DNA of 64,000 nt from positions 9,052,001 through 9,116,000 of the forward strand of contig JBHGNT010000007.1 of NCBI GenBank assembly GCA_043228905.1. The letters are read 5' to 3'. The notes under the pieces were generated by a model. That model saw nothing but the letters and a program-made list of their open reading frames with translations. It searched no databases and was not told where the DNA came from. Shown piece after piece: positions 1-12,198 of the stretch (positions are counted from its first letter, which is position 1; every line of letters begins with the position of its first letter). Made by a program: the position numbers and the translations under genes. This DNA comes from Azolla caroliniana (taxonomy: Eukaryota; Plantae; Polypodiophyta).

Positions 1-1
1 A

Positions 2-265
2 GTCTACGACAGCAGCCTCGACAACCAGCACCGAGCGACACAAAAGTTCGCAAGAAGGTGGTTCGGGCCTTACGTGGTACAAAGCGCCAACGACAACGGG
101 ACGTACCATCTGGCGGAACTCGACGGCACGAGAATGGCGATACCGGTAGCTGGGAAGCAGATCAAAGCGTTCAAGAAGCGTCACGACGATGAGCCGGATC
201 CGGATAACCTGGACCGGGACGACGAACGATCCGAAACCGAGGAAGGACCGACGGGCGGGGAATGA
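2..265 (+). pseudogene. 3' end of Ty3/gypsy pol (integrase C-terminus, GPY/F region), Phygy-like; element begins upstream of window
   Basis: Frame 2 reads VYDSSLDNQHRATQKFARRWFGPYVVQSANDNGTYHLAELDGTRMAIPVAGKQIKAF, a gypsy integrase C-terminal GPY motif; followed by PPT-like ggtgggggcgga (~327-338). Confidence 0.8.
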
Positions 266-338
266 AGGTTGGACTGGTTTTCTCCGTCCCAACTCAATTT
301 GGCGCATGCCGGTGGATGCGCGGTTAGGTGGGGGCGGA

Positions 339-972
339 TGTCGTGAAGAAAACCGTCCACAAGCGGAATCGGTGCGCCGGAGCATAGGAACTGGCTCTTC
401 ATGCACGTGCACCTTGTGTTGTACATAGGAGAGAATTAGGGACATGGGAGATCCTAGGTAGGTAGATTCGGTTGGTAGGAAGTTAATAGGAAACGGCTCC
501 TTCCTTGCCTATAAAAGGAGGGAGACGAGGAGGGGAGAGGGATCGCGAAGTAAGAGAGGCCGAAGTGCTATCGGATTGTGGGCCGAAGGCTTCTCTCTCT
601 TCCAAACTCCATAGCTTCTTCTGTACAGGTTTCGGGAGGCTCGCGCTGCTCTGAGGAATGCTCGAGTGCTTCCGATAGCACCTCCAACCTACTCCTTTCT
701 TTCTGTGCGTTTACGAACAGGCATCGGCATCTGTTCGCCGGCCTGTTCGGTTGTAACCGACTTCGTGTTCTTGTTGTTTGTCTTTGTTAATACATACATA
801 CATTCGTGTCTCTCTGTGTCGCTGTCCCACTCGCGTCTTTGTGTCGAAGGGCCGTGTCCCTGTGAATCTACGCTCGCACGTAGTGGGTCTCTTCTCCTTT
901 CTCTCTTGCTCTTCGGTACAGGACCCCCGAGGTCCCGCCTCATTCCACGCATCCGCGAGGAATACCTCGACA
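339..972 (+). mobile_element. 3' LTR of the upstream gypsy element
   Basis: Starts TGTCG right after the PPT, ends CGACA (5-bp terminal inverted repeat); TATA box ctataaaagg at ~509-518; copia coding sequence begins abruptly at 973. Confidence 0.8.
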
Positions 973-1568
973 ACGTCGGATTCAATCTGATCAGATGCTC
1001 CGGCCTTTGTGCCGTATTCCAGCATCTTCATCTTCCCCTTCTCCTTTCGCATAAATCGTCTCCTCGGTTTTAGGCACAGGAATTGCACAACCGAGTCTCC
1101 ACTACTCGCTAACTCCTCATCTGATTGGTCATTCCGACTCAGTCTCTCATTCGACCCACTTAGCCAGAATGAGATCAGACTCTCTTCTAGAGTTCCAATG
1201 TTTTCTTTATCCAGGGGATTGACCTCGCTGGCCTCATCTTCAAAATTCGGAATGGAGTCGATGGGGGCTGGAGGTGGAGGCAAGTACCATGAAGCCGACT
1301 CGTCGAATACGACATCTCGGCTGACTCAGACCTGTTTTGATCGGGGGTTATAATGCTTATAACCCTTTTGCTCGCTTGAGTAGCCAACCAAGATATAGTT
1401 ATTGGCGTTGGCATCTAATTTCCACCGCTTCTCCTTCAACACACATACATATGCTATGTTGCCGAACACCCTCAAGTGTGCCAAGTTCGGCTTCTTTCTG
1501 AAGTACAACTCATGTGGCGACACTTTTCCTCTAGTTGCAGATGTCCGAAGTTGAAGGTACAAAGCTTT
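973..1568 (-). pseudogene. Ty1/copia fragment (integrase C-terminal region and linker)
   Basis: VSPHELYFRKKPNLAHLRVFGNIAYV...ILVGYSSEQKGYKHYNP matches copia post-integrase motifs; similar to the copias at 13160 and 26310. Confidence 0.8.
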
Positions 1569-2785
1569 GTAAGGATGTTGATAATTTCTCTCATGCCTTG
1601 GTGAATAGTCATGATCGTAATGGTTATGATTGTCCCTCCTGTACTAATCTTGACAGTCATCTTCCTGTTGGTAATCATTGTAACGATCATCTCATCAATA
1701 ATCATCCCGCCGATTCCAATCCAAGCAATAATGATCATTGTATCTTGGCCGATAATCGTCCCAGAACCGATGCGCCTGCCGATTTCTGTCATCTTGGCGG
1801 TCATCATGAGGTTGTATCTGTCTTACTGGTGCCGCGACTTTGTTTAGCATATTATATTCACACTGGTCAATCGTATGTGCCTTTGAATGACAGATCAGAA
1901 AATGTGTGCGTAATGTGCATTCCATTCTAGAATGCCCCGGATTAAGACATGTTGTGCATTAAATTGCCTATCAAAACCTTAATTCTTCCGACGTCAGTAA
2001 GGACCTTGGTAAAGATGCCATGCACATATCATTACTCGTTTGGGCTTTATCCATTATTAGTGCTTTGTCAATCACCTACTCCAATGATTGATCTTTAAAA
2101 TCGAACACGGCTAACGTCGTTTGAAGCGGCTCTCGTAGTGCCGACAAGAAGGTCTCTTTCACATCTTCCTCTAGGAGGGATCATGCTAATTGCCTCCTAA
2201 GGTTCTAAAACCAAATACTGAATTGTCGAACAGTTTCATGGGCTTCTTGATAAGCCACATAGAATTGGCTCATGAGTTCCCTTCTAGGAACTTGTCAATG
2301 AAATAACCAAATAAACTTGGTAGTTAATTGTTTAAATGTCTCAAACTCACCTGCCTCATGATGTGAGTACCAATTCGCTGATTGCCCATCAAGCGACAAT
2401 CCAAATTCTGCAATCTTTGATTTGTCGGCATCGGCCTCCGACAATCTCTGGGATACATGGTTATCTTGCCATGTCGTAAGGAAAGCACGGATATGCACCT
2501 CTGTGACGGCTTCATCATTGTGTTTGGGATAGGGATACAACATTGTATCCTCCTCAAAAACTTTGACTAAGTATCTATGGTTGGACGACTCCTCATCCGA
2601 ACTACTATCAATGGATAAATCAGGATTTTCTCTTAATTCCCCTTCAGCTTCTTCCTGAATTTGTTCGACAAACTCCGAATTATTAGAATTTTCTCCTTCT
2701 GCACGTCGGCTCTCCGATCTCATGCGTGGTCTTCTGCTTCCTGCAAGTTGGTATGTACTAAGTCGACTAGATGACATCCATTCTC
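1569..2785 (-). pseudogene. Degraded gag of older gypsy element B (related to the element at 2786-12589)
   Basis: MSSSRL...YPYPKHNDEAVTEVHIRAFLTTWQDNHVSQRL...KIAEFGLSLDG...CTTCLNPGHSRMECTLRTHFLICHSKAHTIDQCEYN is homologous to the gag at 3219-5000; many stops. Confidence 0.85.
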
Positions 2786-3167
2786 TGTTGACCGGTCAGA
2801 AGAGCAAGGAGAAGGCGGAGTCGGATCGGATAATAGGAAGTAAATAATAGTATAATTATTATTCGGAGGGACGGATCCGGTACAGTTGTACCGATCCGGA
2901 TCCGGACCGATTCGGATGCCGGTTGCCTAAGCGCACCGATTGTAACCTTGCCGGATGCCTATAAAAGGATCCGATGATTTGTAAAGGCTTGACAAAAGTA
3001 ATACAAATAGAATTATTGCGTGTTTATCTGTATCTTTGTATTGTTTTACCGTCTGTGCTTAGTGCAATCATCTTATGCGTGTAACCTAGCATCCAATCCT
3101 TACCACCCCTTTGGAGAAGTGTCGGATAGACACCTGTGTTGAGGCTAGTCCGGCCAAGCAGACAACA
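2786..3167 (+). repeat. 5' LTR of element A (382 bp)
   Basis: Direct repeat of 12201-12589; TATA box gcctataaaagg at ~2957-2968. Confidence 0.97.
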
Positions 3168-3173
3168 CTATTT

Positions 3174-3185
3174 TGGCGACCACGA
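3174..3185 (+). promoter_or_regulatory. Primer-binding site, tRNA-Arg(UCG)-type
   Basis: TGGCGACCAC(GA), 6 nt after the 5' LTR; complementary to the recalled plant tRNA-Arg(UCG) 3' end ...GUGGUCGCCA. Confidence 0.8.
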
Positions 3186-3652
3186 TTCCTGCAAAGTGCA
3201 GAGGACAACCGGGGATGGATGTCTAGACCAAACGACGACCACATCACCGAACGAGGGAGACGATACACCTAACGAGAGCAACGACGGGAAGCCCTGCAGC
3301 AAGCCGTCAACGAGATCCGGCGGGATCGGTGATTCTCCAGAACTCTTCGGAGAGTCGCAGAAGAAGCACTGCAGTTCCGGGTTCTGCAAGTCCCCGACGA
3401 AGGCAGTAGCATAACAAGCCTGCAAGAGGCGGAAACGATACTACAGACGCTCGTTGGTGGCGACGGGGACTCGGAAGCATTCGCAACACTTGAGGCGGAG
3501 TCGGAAAGCGACGGAAGCGTTGCGTCCCGGTATAAAAGCAGCCACGACACACCAAACGACCTGGGGGAAGAGGGGTCGGAAGACTCAGTAACACCGGAGC
3601 CAGAGGAAGAAATAACCTTGGAGTTCGGTGACCGGCAATCGCCGAGGGAGGC

Positions 3653-3800
3653 TGACCGGATACCGACAACACCCGCGAAGGAACCGAAGGAGCAGATACC
3701 GACGACACCCGCGGAGGAACCAAAGGACCGGACACCGGCAACACCCGCAGAGGAACTGAAGGAGTGGATACCGGCACCAACCGCGGAGGAACCAAAAGCT
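3653..3800 (+). repeat. 36-bp coding tandem repeat (x4) in gag N-terminus
   Basis: Peptide units DRIPTTPAKEPK / EQIPTTPAEEPK / DRTPATPAEELK / EWIPAPTAEEPK. Confidence 0.85.
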
Positions 3801-6800
3801 CTCACACCAACGCCAACAGCGGACAGAGAGCGGAGAAAGCAAGAGAGTCAGTTGGACGACACGATGTCGTACCCATACCCAAAGTACCGGGATGAGCCCG
3901 ACGCGGAGGCACACGTGTACGCATTCCTCCAAACATGGGAAGCCAACCATGTCTCCCAAAGACTGACGGAGCCCGAAGCCGAACGATCCAAAGTCGCCGA
4001 ATTCGGCATGACCTTAGAAGGACCGGCGGCCCGATGGCACGCAAAGCACTTACCGGGCAGCTTTACCACATTCGATGCCTTGAAGGCCAAATTCCTCAGG
4101 CTTTTTCACAGACAAGTTGAGCAAAGGGAATTGGTTGGGCAGTTCTACACCACCCGGCAGGAAGAGAACGAGACTATGCCACAATTCATCATTCGGTTTC
4201 AGACCCTGCACAGCCAACTGACGAGAGCACCACCCGAAGACGAAGCCAAAGCAGTCTTTTTGGCCGCGCTAAAAGAGCCACTTCGAACAATGTGCGGAGT
4301 CCTTGATTTCCGCACCAGCACAATGGACCAAGTTATTGATCGGGTCTTAGAAATGGACAAGACTAGCTCCTTCTTGTCGATGGGGATGTTACACCGGGCA
4401 CTCCCGAAGGAGGAAGACCTGAGGTTCCGACAGGCCTTATAATGCACAACATGCCTAAATTCGGGCCACTCAACAGTAGACTGCACCCTGCGGACACAAT
4501 GTATGATCTACAACTCTCGAGCCCATACAACGGACTGATGCGAATATAACTTGTTAAATCGGCAGGCAGCACCGGTTCGACACATAGAACCGCGCAATCA
4601 GAACCCGGATGAGGATCGATTCCGGAGAGACGACCGCTACCAACGCGAACGCGGTAACAGATACGCTGATAGAAGACGCGATAACTATGACCGAGAGGAG
4701 AAACGCAGAGATAGCTACCCCCGGGACCGGTACGACCGAGACGAATCCCCGGAATACGAACGACGCAGAGAAGAGAGGCGACAAGGGAACCGAAATTTCC
4801 GACGGAATCAGAAGCGTGGATTTTTCCGAAGAGAGGAACGTCGGGAGGCAGCAAGGAATGACAACCCGGTATCGGTACCGGATAACCGAAAAACCGAAGA
4901 CGACCGCCGAAGTATACCCACCCTCCAAACCGGGGACAAAGGAGAAACGAGCAACAGTCACAAGGTGTACTGTTATTACTGCCGTAAGGAGGGCCATTAT
5001 AGTAACCAATGCCCAAGCAAAACCAATGACAAGCAACCGGCAGTCAACATGGTTACAGCCGAAATAACAGAAGTACAGCAGGTCACAACCCGGTCAAAGG
5101 GAAAGACCGCCGAGTGGGAAGCCCAGGAGGCAATCAGAAAACAAGCGGCGCAATGGATCAAGGAGGCCAATGAACAGAATGTGGTAGAAGTAAGAAACCA
5201 AAATATGCCAAAAGACGAAGAAATCATACAGCCAGGAGAAAACCCAACGTGGCAAGCGCTACAGGACTGTCAAATCATGCTGCCGTTAGCACGGCTACTA
5301 CAGTTGGTGCCACGGTTTACGGCAGACTTACAGGCATCCGTGAGCAAACCGAAGCCGACGCCAGCACCGACATTCTTCTCCAACCCGGAGGAAGGACCAG
5401 CGGTGGTCGATACAAGTAGCCCGGCGATCACGGCAATCGTGAAAGGAAAGGAAATTGCTGGAACGATTATTGACGGAGGCTCCGGGGTAAATGTCATCAG
5501 CTGACAGACATGCGATAACCTGGGCATCCGGGAATGGGAACCATGCCCCTTCTGGTTACGCATGGCGGATACCAGCTCAGTTCGACCAACCGGGCTTATC
5601 CGGGATTTGGAAGTAACGATCGGAGGCCACGTATTCCGGATATCGGCCGTGGTGCTGCAGCTGAATGTACAAGGCGTGTACCCCCTACTGCTAGGACGAC
5701 CATGGCTGCGAATGGTGCATATCAAGCAGAACTGGCAAAAGAACATGATCACATTCTGGCGAGGGAAAACAAAGGTACGAGTACTGACGCAACCACGGGT
5801 GATCGCCAATAAGGAAGCAACTCCATTGTATGCGGAGAGCATCAACATGTTGGAGGGATTACCGGACGAGGAAGTCGAGCAGTACCTCGAAGAACACCCA
5901 CGAATCGTCCCACTATTTGAGGTGGATATCACGGCGGCAGTAGAACCGTACATCACGACGCCGGACGAACCGAACCAAGCGGCGATCCGAGAACTGCGAC
6001 AAGCGCAGGAATCCCTAGAGAGGGAAATGACGATATCCCAGAGGGTAAAAGCATCCCAACTAGAGGAGGTGGACCTCGGCACAACAGACAAGCCCCGACC
6101 GGTAAATGTCGCAAAGGAATTGCCGAAGGAAGAAAAGAAGGCAATGGTAGCATTATTAACAGACTTCAAGGATGTGTTCGCATGGTCGTACGAAGACATG
6201 CGAGGGCTGGACCCCCAGCTCTATCAGCACCAAATTCACCTAAGTACGGACGCGAAACCAATCGCTCAACGCAGGTACCGGATGAATCCGAATTATGCGG
6301 CGAAGGTGAAGGAGGAGATTGATAAGCTCCTCCGGGTCGGATTTATCCGACCGGTCAAGCAGGCAACTTGGCTGAGTCCGGTAGTGGTGGTCCCGAAAAA
6401 GAACGGCAAAATCCGGGTATGCGTGGACTACCGCAAACTAAATGCCGCAACAGTGACCGATGCGTTTCCACTACCATTTACGGACGGGGTGTTAGATGCG
6501 GTAGCCGGCCACGAATTTTACAGCTTCCTGGATGGATTTAGCGGCTACAACCAAATACGAATGAACCCGGCCGACCAGGAGAAGACAGCGTTCGTTACGG
6601 AATGGGGAGTGTTCGTTGCGGTCGTGATGATGTTCGGACTAAAGACGGCCCCAGCGACCTTTCAAAGGATAATAATGGAAATTTTCGGGGAATATATCCC
6701 CGGTTTTATGCAGGTCTTCCTTGACGATTTCGCGGTCTACAGCCGGCACGGAGAGCATCTCGATTACCTTTGGTTGTGCTTGGAGAAGTGCCGCGAATAC

Positions 6801-8912
6801 CGGTTGAGTCTGAACCCGGCCAAGTGCGTCTTTGGAGTGGCAAGCGGCAACTTACTAGGGCACGTGGTGAGTAAGGAAGGAATCGCGGTAGATCCGGATA
6901 AAGTAAAGGAGATTCTCGAGGCACCAGCACCAAATAACGCAAAGGCTTTAAGCCGGTTCCTGGGCCAAATAAGGTGGCATAGTCGGATGATACGGCACCT
7001 CGCAGACTTCGCTACACCTTTGCATACCGCCGTACACAGGGTACCCTTCCTATGGGCGGAGACGGAGGAGAAAGCCTACCAAGCGTTGAAGGTTATGCTG
7101 TCGCAAGCTCCGGTGGTGCAACCGCCGGATTGGAGTAAAAGCTTTCACGTCTTTGTCGACACGTCGGATGTAGCAATCGGCAGCGTTCTGATGCAACTCA
7201 CGGAGCCGAAATGGTACCGGCCGGTGTACTACGCAAGCCGGAAACTCTCAAAAGCCGAACGGAACTACTCTACTACGGAACGCGAGGCATTAGGAATGGT
7301 GTATAGTGTCACAAAGTACAGGCACTATCTGCTCGGAAGGAAGTTTTCCTTCCATGTCGACCATTCGGCACTACTCTACCTGGTCTCGAAGGCATCCCTG
7401 ACGGGAAAAATTGCACGATGGACACTGTTGTTACAGGAATTTGAATTCGACATTTTCCACCGACCCAGGGCGCAGCATGCGGTAGCGAACTACCTAAGCA
7501 GACTCGAATCCGGAGAAGCAGGGGACGGCGTCCAGGATGAGTTCCCCGACGCCGAGTTGTTCCGGATCACGACGGAACCGGCAACGGATGCAACAGTAGC
7601 CGATGAAGACACGTGGCTAACTGAGATGCATCAGTTCCTGAGCACCGGAGTACCCCCGGAGAACATGGACCGCGATGAAAGGAAAAGGGTAGCAGTAAGA
7701 AGCAGACATTTCTGCTTGGTTGGAGACCCCCTCTATCACAAGGGGGCAGATGGCATCTGGAGACGAGCAGTGCGAAGCGATGAGAAGGATCTAATCCTCA
7801 GGGAAGCCCACTGTGGAATTGCCGGCGAGCATTATGCCGGCGACGCAACCGCTCGGAAAATATGGCAGAGCGGACTGTGGTGGCCCACCACCCTAAAAGA
7901 TGTCGTGAAGTATAGCAGAGAATGCGATTTGTGTCAACGACTAGGCCAACCCACAGAGCAGGCCCGGATGCCATACCACCCGGTCTTGCCATTGGAACCG
8001 TTTCAAAAGTGGGGTTTGGACTTTGTCGGGCCCTTCAAGCCACCGGCAATGCGAACCGGAAATCGGTATGTCATAGTGGCGACCGACTATTGCACCAAAT
8101 TGGTAGAAGCGAAGGCCTTACGGGACAACACGGCCGCGTCCACGGCAAAGTTCCTGTACGAGTGCATATGGTGCCGGTATGGATGCCCGATCGAGCTTAT
8201 AAGTGACCAAGGAGGACACTTTCTCGGGCAGGTAGTAGAAAGCCTGACGTCATTTTACGCGGTGGTACATAAAAGGAGTACTCCCTACTACCCTCAAGCC
8301 AATGGACTCGCGGAATCGACGAACAAAACTCTGCAAAACATCCTACGAAAAACCGTCAACGAGAACCGGACCGACTGGGATACGAAATTGCAGAGCGCGC
8401 AATGGGCGTACCGAACAACGTACAAAACCAACATCCGGACAACCCCGTTCCGACTAGCATTCGGTTTAGAAGCGGTCATGCCGGTAGAGTTCCAGATCCC
8501 CAGCTTACGGATCCAGGTAAAGGAGCGCTTAAGTGAGAAGGAGTCCGAACGAATCCGGCTGGCGACGTTGTTGGAATTAGAAGAAAACCGAATAGCCAAC
8601 TTACTACAACTCGAACTGGAGCAAAGGAGGAGAAAAGCTTTCGTGGACCGACACCGGCGTGGCAACGAAAAGGAGTTTGAAGTCGGGAAACCGGTGCTAC
8701 TGTTCCAGACACGGATGGGGAACATGCCGGGAAAGTTGCGGTTTCGGTGGACCGGACCGTTCTGGATCACCAAGGAGTACAATGGGTCGTATCAGCTCGG
8801 CACGTTGTCTGGAGAAGTCATCGGTAAATGGGCAAATGGGTTTCGGCTAAAGCCGTATAAGGGAAATATGCCAGCCAACCCGTTCAAGCAAAACCCGGAA
8901 ATCTGGCACGAT

Positions 8913-9065
8913 GAGGAACCGACACCGACAGACGCTGCCGAAGATATCCGGACCGAGGAAGAACCGACACCGACAGACGCTGCTGCAGATATCCGGACCG
9001 AGGAAGAACCTACACCGACAGACGCTGCTGCAAATATCCGGACCGAGGAAGAACCGACACCGATA
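8913..9065 (+). repeat. 42-bp coding tandem repeat (x3.5) at pol C-terminus
   Basis: EEPTPTDAAEDIRT / EEPTPTDAAADIRT / EEPTPTDAAANIRT / EEPTP. Confidence 0.9.
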
Positions 9066-9170
9066 CTGACAAAGACTATCCCAAAAAACCGACAAAAGGA
9101 TCCGGTATCAGCGCGAACCGACCCGAATAAATCGGGGGGGACCAGAAAATGACGTGGTCCAAACAAACAG

Positions 9171-9199
<29 letters not shown>

Positions 9200-9201
<2 letters not shown>

Positions 9202-12120
9202 GGTAATGATGGGGAGATCACAAGAGGTGGGAGCGCCACCATGCAATGAAGAGGCACGCCAATGGATGAGGGAGAACGGGTTAGAAGGATTGTTGCGGAT
9301 CGCCGACGCTCCACCACACGCAGAACCAGAGCAGGCGGCAGCATCGATTGATTTATCAGAAATCACGGAAGGAGCAGTGCAGGCGCTCACGGGGATAAAA
9401 GCAAGAGGACTTCAAACAATCGAAAACCCTTCAAGTGAAATCCTGTTCGAATATTTCGGTGAGTATTCCATCAGCAGCAAGGCGTACCGAACACAGGGCG
9501 GAGAGAACCTGCTGTTCGGAGAAGTGGCCCGCGCCATGATGGAATACGGATTCGTGAATTCTCGTCCCCAAGCCATAGCCAGGTACCGGGCAGCGTTCTT
9601 AATTGCAACGTATGAAGGATTACAAGTGGACTGGCTCCATTTCATAACCGAAGGATTGAAGGAGGCCATCAAGAACCTTGTGGAAGGAAAAAAGCCATGG
9701 GTCGGGATAGCACAATGGCTAACAGTGTTAGTCCCACCGATGCCCCCATCAAACAAAAGAAAAGAGGTCGGCAGGAGACGACGCCAAAAAAGGTCACAAA
9801 GCGCCGACATATCCTGGAGAAACACACCCCCGAATGGACCTAGGAAGAAGCAGAACAGCGGGAGGAAGGACCATCCCGACAGCAACAGGAACCGGCAACA
9901 AAGGCAAAACCGGCAGGAAAAGGCAAAGGAAAATCGGCCGATGAGGAACCGGTAGCGCTCAAACCAATCAATATAACGCTGCGACGGCCGGAACCGGAAC
10001 CAGAGGACTTTATACAAAAGGTCCGTCTGGTAGCCACACCGGAGGAGGAAGCTGAAGCAGAAGACTCATCCGAACCACTGGTAAGACTCCCAGCAAGACA
10101 AGGTCGGGAGAGACGGGCGAAAGGACCGGCTCCACCAGTTGACAAAACTCAGCAGAGGGCGCAAGGACCACCTCCAGTAGTCGGGGCGGAAGCAGTACCG
10201 GAACCCGGACCGAGGGAAGCAGCACCGACACCGGTTTTGCCGGACTTCAGAGAACCGGTCATTCCAGAGAAGAGGAATGAACAAGCGCCGGAGCCAGAAA
10301 AAAGGCCGGAAAAACAGCCTGAGTTAAGGAGTAGAAGTGAGCAATGCTACCCCGACACAGGAAGCACAAAGCCACAATGGCTTAGATGGCTTTTGGAGCA
10401 GTTATCGGGAGTAGCGGACCAGTTAGAGGAAGAAGTAACGTGTAGGCAACATCTGACGCATACAGCAACCCAGGAGTTGGTCGCGCTCCGAACACAGATC
10501 GAGGAATTGCAAGGGGAGCTGTTGCAGGCAAGGGAAGGAATTCAACAAGCACAAGTTGTCACCGAGCCGGTCGGGACAACAAGGAAGCAACCAGAACCAG
10601 AACCGGTAGCCTTGCAAACCGGCCCTGAGACCGAAAAAATAATAGAAACCTTACGAGAGGAGTTAAAAGCTCAGGAGGCATTAAGGGAAAAAGAAAGGGA
10701 GCAACTCAAAGTGGTGGAGGATGACAGACGGAAAATGGAAGAAGGCCTCCGGAAAGGCCGAGCCACTAATGACCGACTGCAAGAAGAAAAAGAGAAGCTG
10801 CAAAAGGAGAAGGACTGACTACGTCGACATGCCGAGCAAGAGATAGAACGACTGCAGGAAGAACTCCGACAACAGAAGGACCGGGACGACCGGTTAAGAG
10901 CTCAGGTAAGCCGACGCCTGAAGCAGAAGACGGAGGACTTCGACCGTCTCTACCGAGATCACAAGCAGGTCGAGTCGGACAACAAGAAACGGGCAACAGA
11001 CTACGACCGGCAAATAGAGAAGCTGAAAGAACAGCTCAAAGAGACCCGATTAGACCTGGCTAAGACAATGGACGAGGTAAGTGCCAAAAAGGAAGCATTG
11101 TCGGCGGAAATAACCCAAGCGACGGAGAGAAGGAAGGAATTGGGGGCGCTAAGGCGGGAAAAGCTGGATCTGACCAAGATCAGGAATGAAGAAAAGGAAA
11201 GATCGACCTTCACGATCAACAAACTGCAAAGTACCTATGAAAAGCAGAAAGCGGATTACGAGGCCCAGGCTTAGATAATGGCCGACATTATAAAACGGGC
11301 AAGGAAGGAAAAGCAAGAAGCTTATGCGCATGTTAAGGCGGGGGTTGACCGGGTCAAGCTCATCATGTCAGGTTGGAGTACCAGAGCTCAGGCAAGCATC
11401 AACGAAAGTACGGAAAAGCTATGGAAGGAGTGGTCACAACAGGCAGCCGAGCTGCAGACACTCCGAGCTGATGCCGAGAATCGGAGGAAGACCGGTGACA
11501 AGTTCTACAAGATGGATGAAGAAAGTATCGTCGCCATTCGGGAAGAATTGTCGGAGGATTTCTACGCTTTAGCGGAAGAACATCTCAAAGAAATCCGAGG
11601 GTTGGTAGAGAGGTTGGATGACGGGCAGCTCGCAACTCAGTTGGAGTTGGAGAAATACGAGCAGGACCGGTTATGACAGGAAGCCAAGGGAAGAACGACG
11701 CCAATCACTATAAGTGAGGGAGAGCGACCGGCTGAAGTTGAACCAACCGACACCGAACAACCCCGACAAGGAATACCCGAAGAAGAACTTCCGTTCGAAG
11801 AAAATCAAGAAGAGCAGGAGCAGACCGATGCCGGAGAAGAAGAAGAGCTGAGACCGGAAGACACCGGAGTAGAGGAAGAAGGCGCACCAAGCCGACCAGT
11901 CGAGACCGGAGAAAGCGACATTGGTAACAGAACAGAGCCTGGAACGGAGGGAGAATAGGAAGAACCCGGACGGAGCGGTGAGGAAGCACCGGCACCACAG
12001 AATCAAGTAGAGCCGGAGCAGCAAATTTTTACGAAACAGCCAACCCAACCGGAGGTCGGAGATCAGACAGGCAAGGAACAGGAATTGGAGGAAGAAGCAC
12101 CACTTGACACCTTCGAGTAG
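9200..12120 (+). pseudogene. Extra 3' ORF of element A (about 970 aa when repaired): globular N-terminus, long coiled coil, acidic tail
   Basis: ATG at 9200 after an A27 tract; one frameshift near 9750 joins the frame of ORFs 10237-10818, 11068-11274 and 11278-11676, which reads through isolated stops to TAG at 12118-12120. Confidence 0.8.
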
Positions 12121-12182
12121 AGTGTGCTCGATATTTTGGAGGAAGAATGAGGCCGGGAGTGGATTCGAAGTGCAAGGCACTT

Positions 12183-12198
12183 TCCCACGGGCGTGCCA
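12183..12198 (+). promoter_or_regulatory. tRNA-Arg(UCU) 3'-end copy (antisense PBS) at the PPT position
   Basis: TCCCACGGGCGTGCCA, then TG, then the 3' LTR; recalled plant tRNA-Arg(UCU) ends UCCCACCGGGCGUGCCA. No purine tract adjoins the LTR. Confidence 0.8.

Larger units (their letters stand above)
3219..9152 (+). pseudogene. gag-pol polyprotein of element A (single frame, about 5 premature stops)
   Basis: ORFs 3618-4442, 4551-5504 and 5562-9152 share one frame with an ATG at 3219. Retrotrans_gag-like core, Zn knuckle CYYCRKEGHYSNQC, protease IIDGGSG, RT FLDDF, RNase H, integrase HHCC plus GLDF...SDQG...E, and GPF. Stops are TAA/TGA, consistent with C-to-T changes in CAA/CGA. Confidence 0.93.

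Noticed and set aside
3269-5016. Long antisense ORFs over gypsy gag
   Set aside because: Shadows of GC-rich repetitive coding sequence with no domain signatures.
8913-9065. CRISPR-like array
   Set aside because: Head-to-tail coding repeats with no unique spacers, eukaryotic context, no cas genes.
5562-9152. Assignment of element A to Tat/Ogre
   Set aside because: The Arg PBS fits, but no additional archaeal-type RNase H is visible; left as unclassified non-chromovirus gypsy.
9149-9955. Retroviral-type env gene, or poly-Lys N-terminus
   Set aside because: No signal peptide or transmembrane helix is evident; the poly-K is just the A27 tract translated upstream of the likely ATG at 9200.
12138-12163. 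Purine-rich GGAGGAAGAATGAGG as the PPT of element A
   Set aside because: It lies about 40-60 nt upstream of the 3' LTR, whose start is fixed by the LTR match and TSD; a PPT must sit next to the LTR.
12183-12198. 3' motif pairing with the element's own 5' PBS (circularisation)
   Set aside because: Only TGGC/GCCA (4 nt) is complementary; the two sites correspond to different Arg tRNAs.
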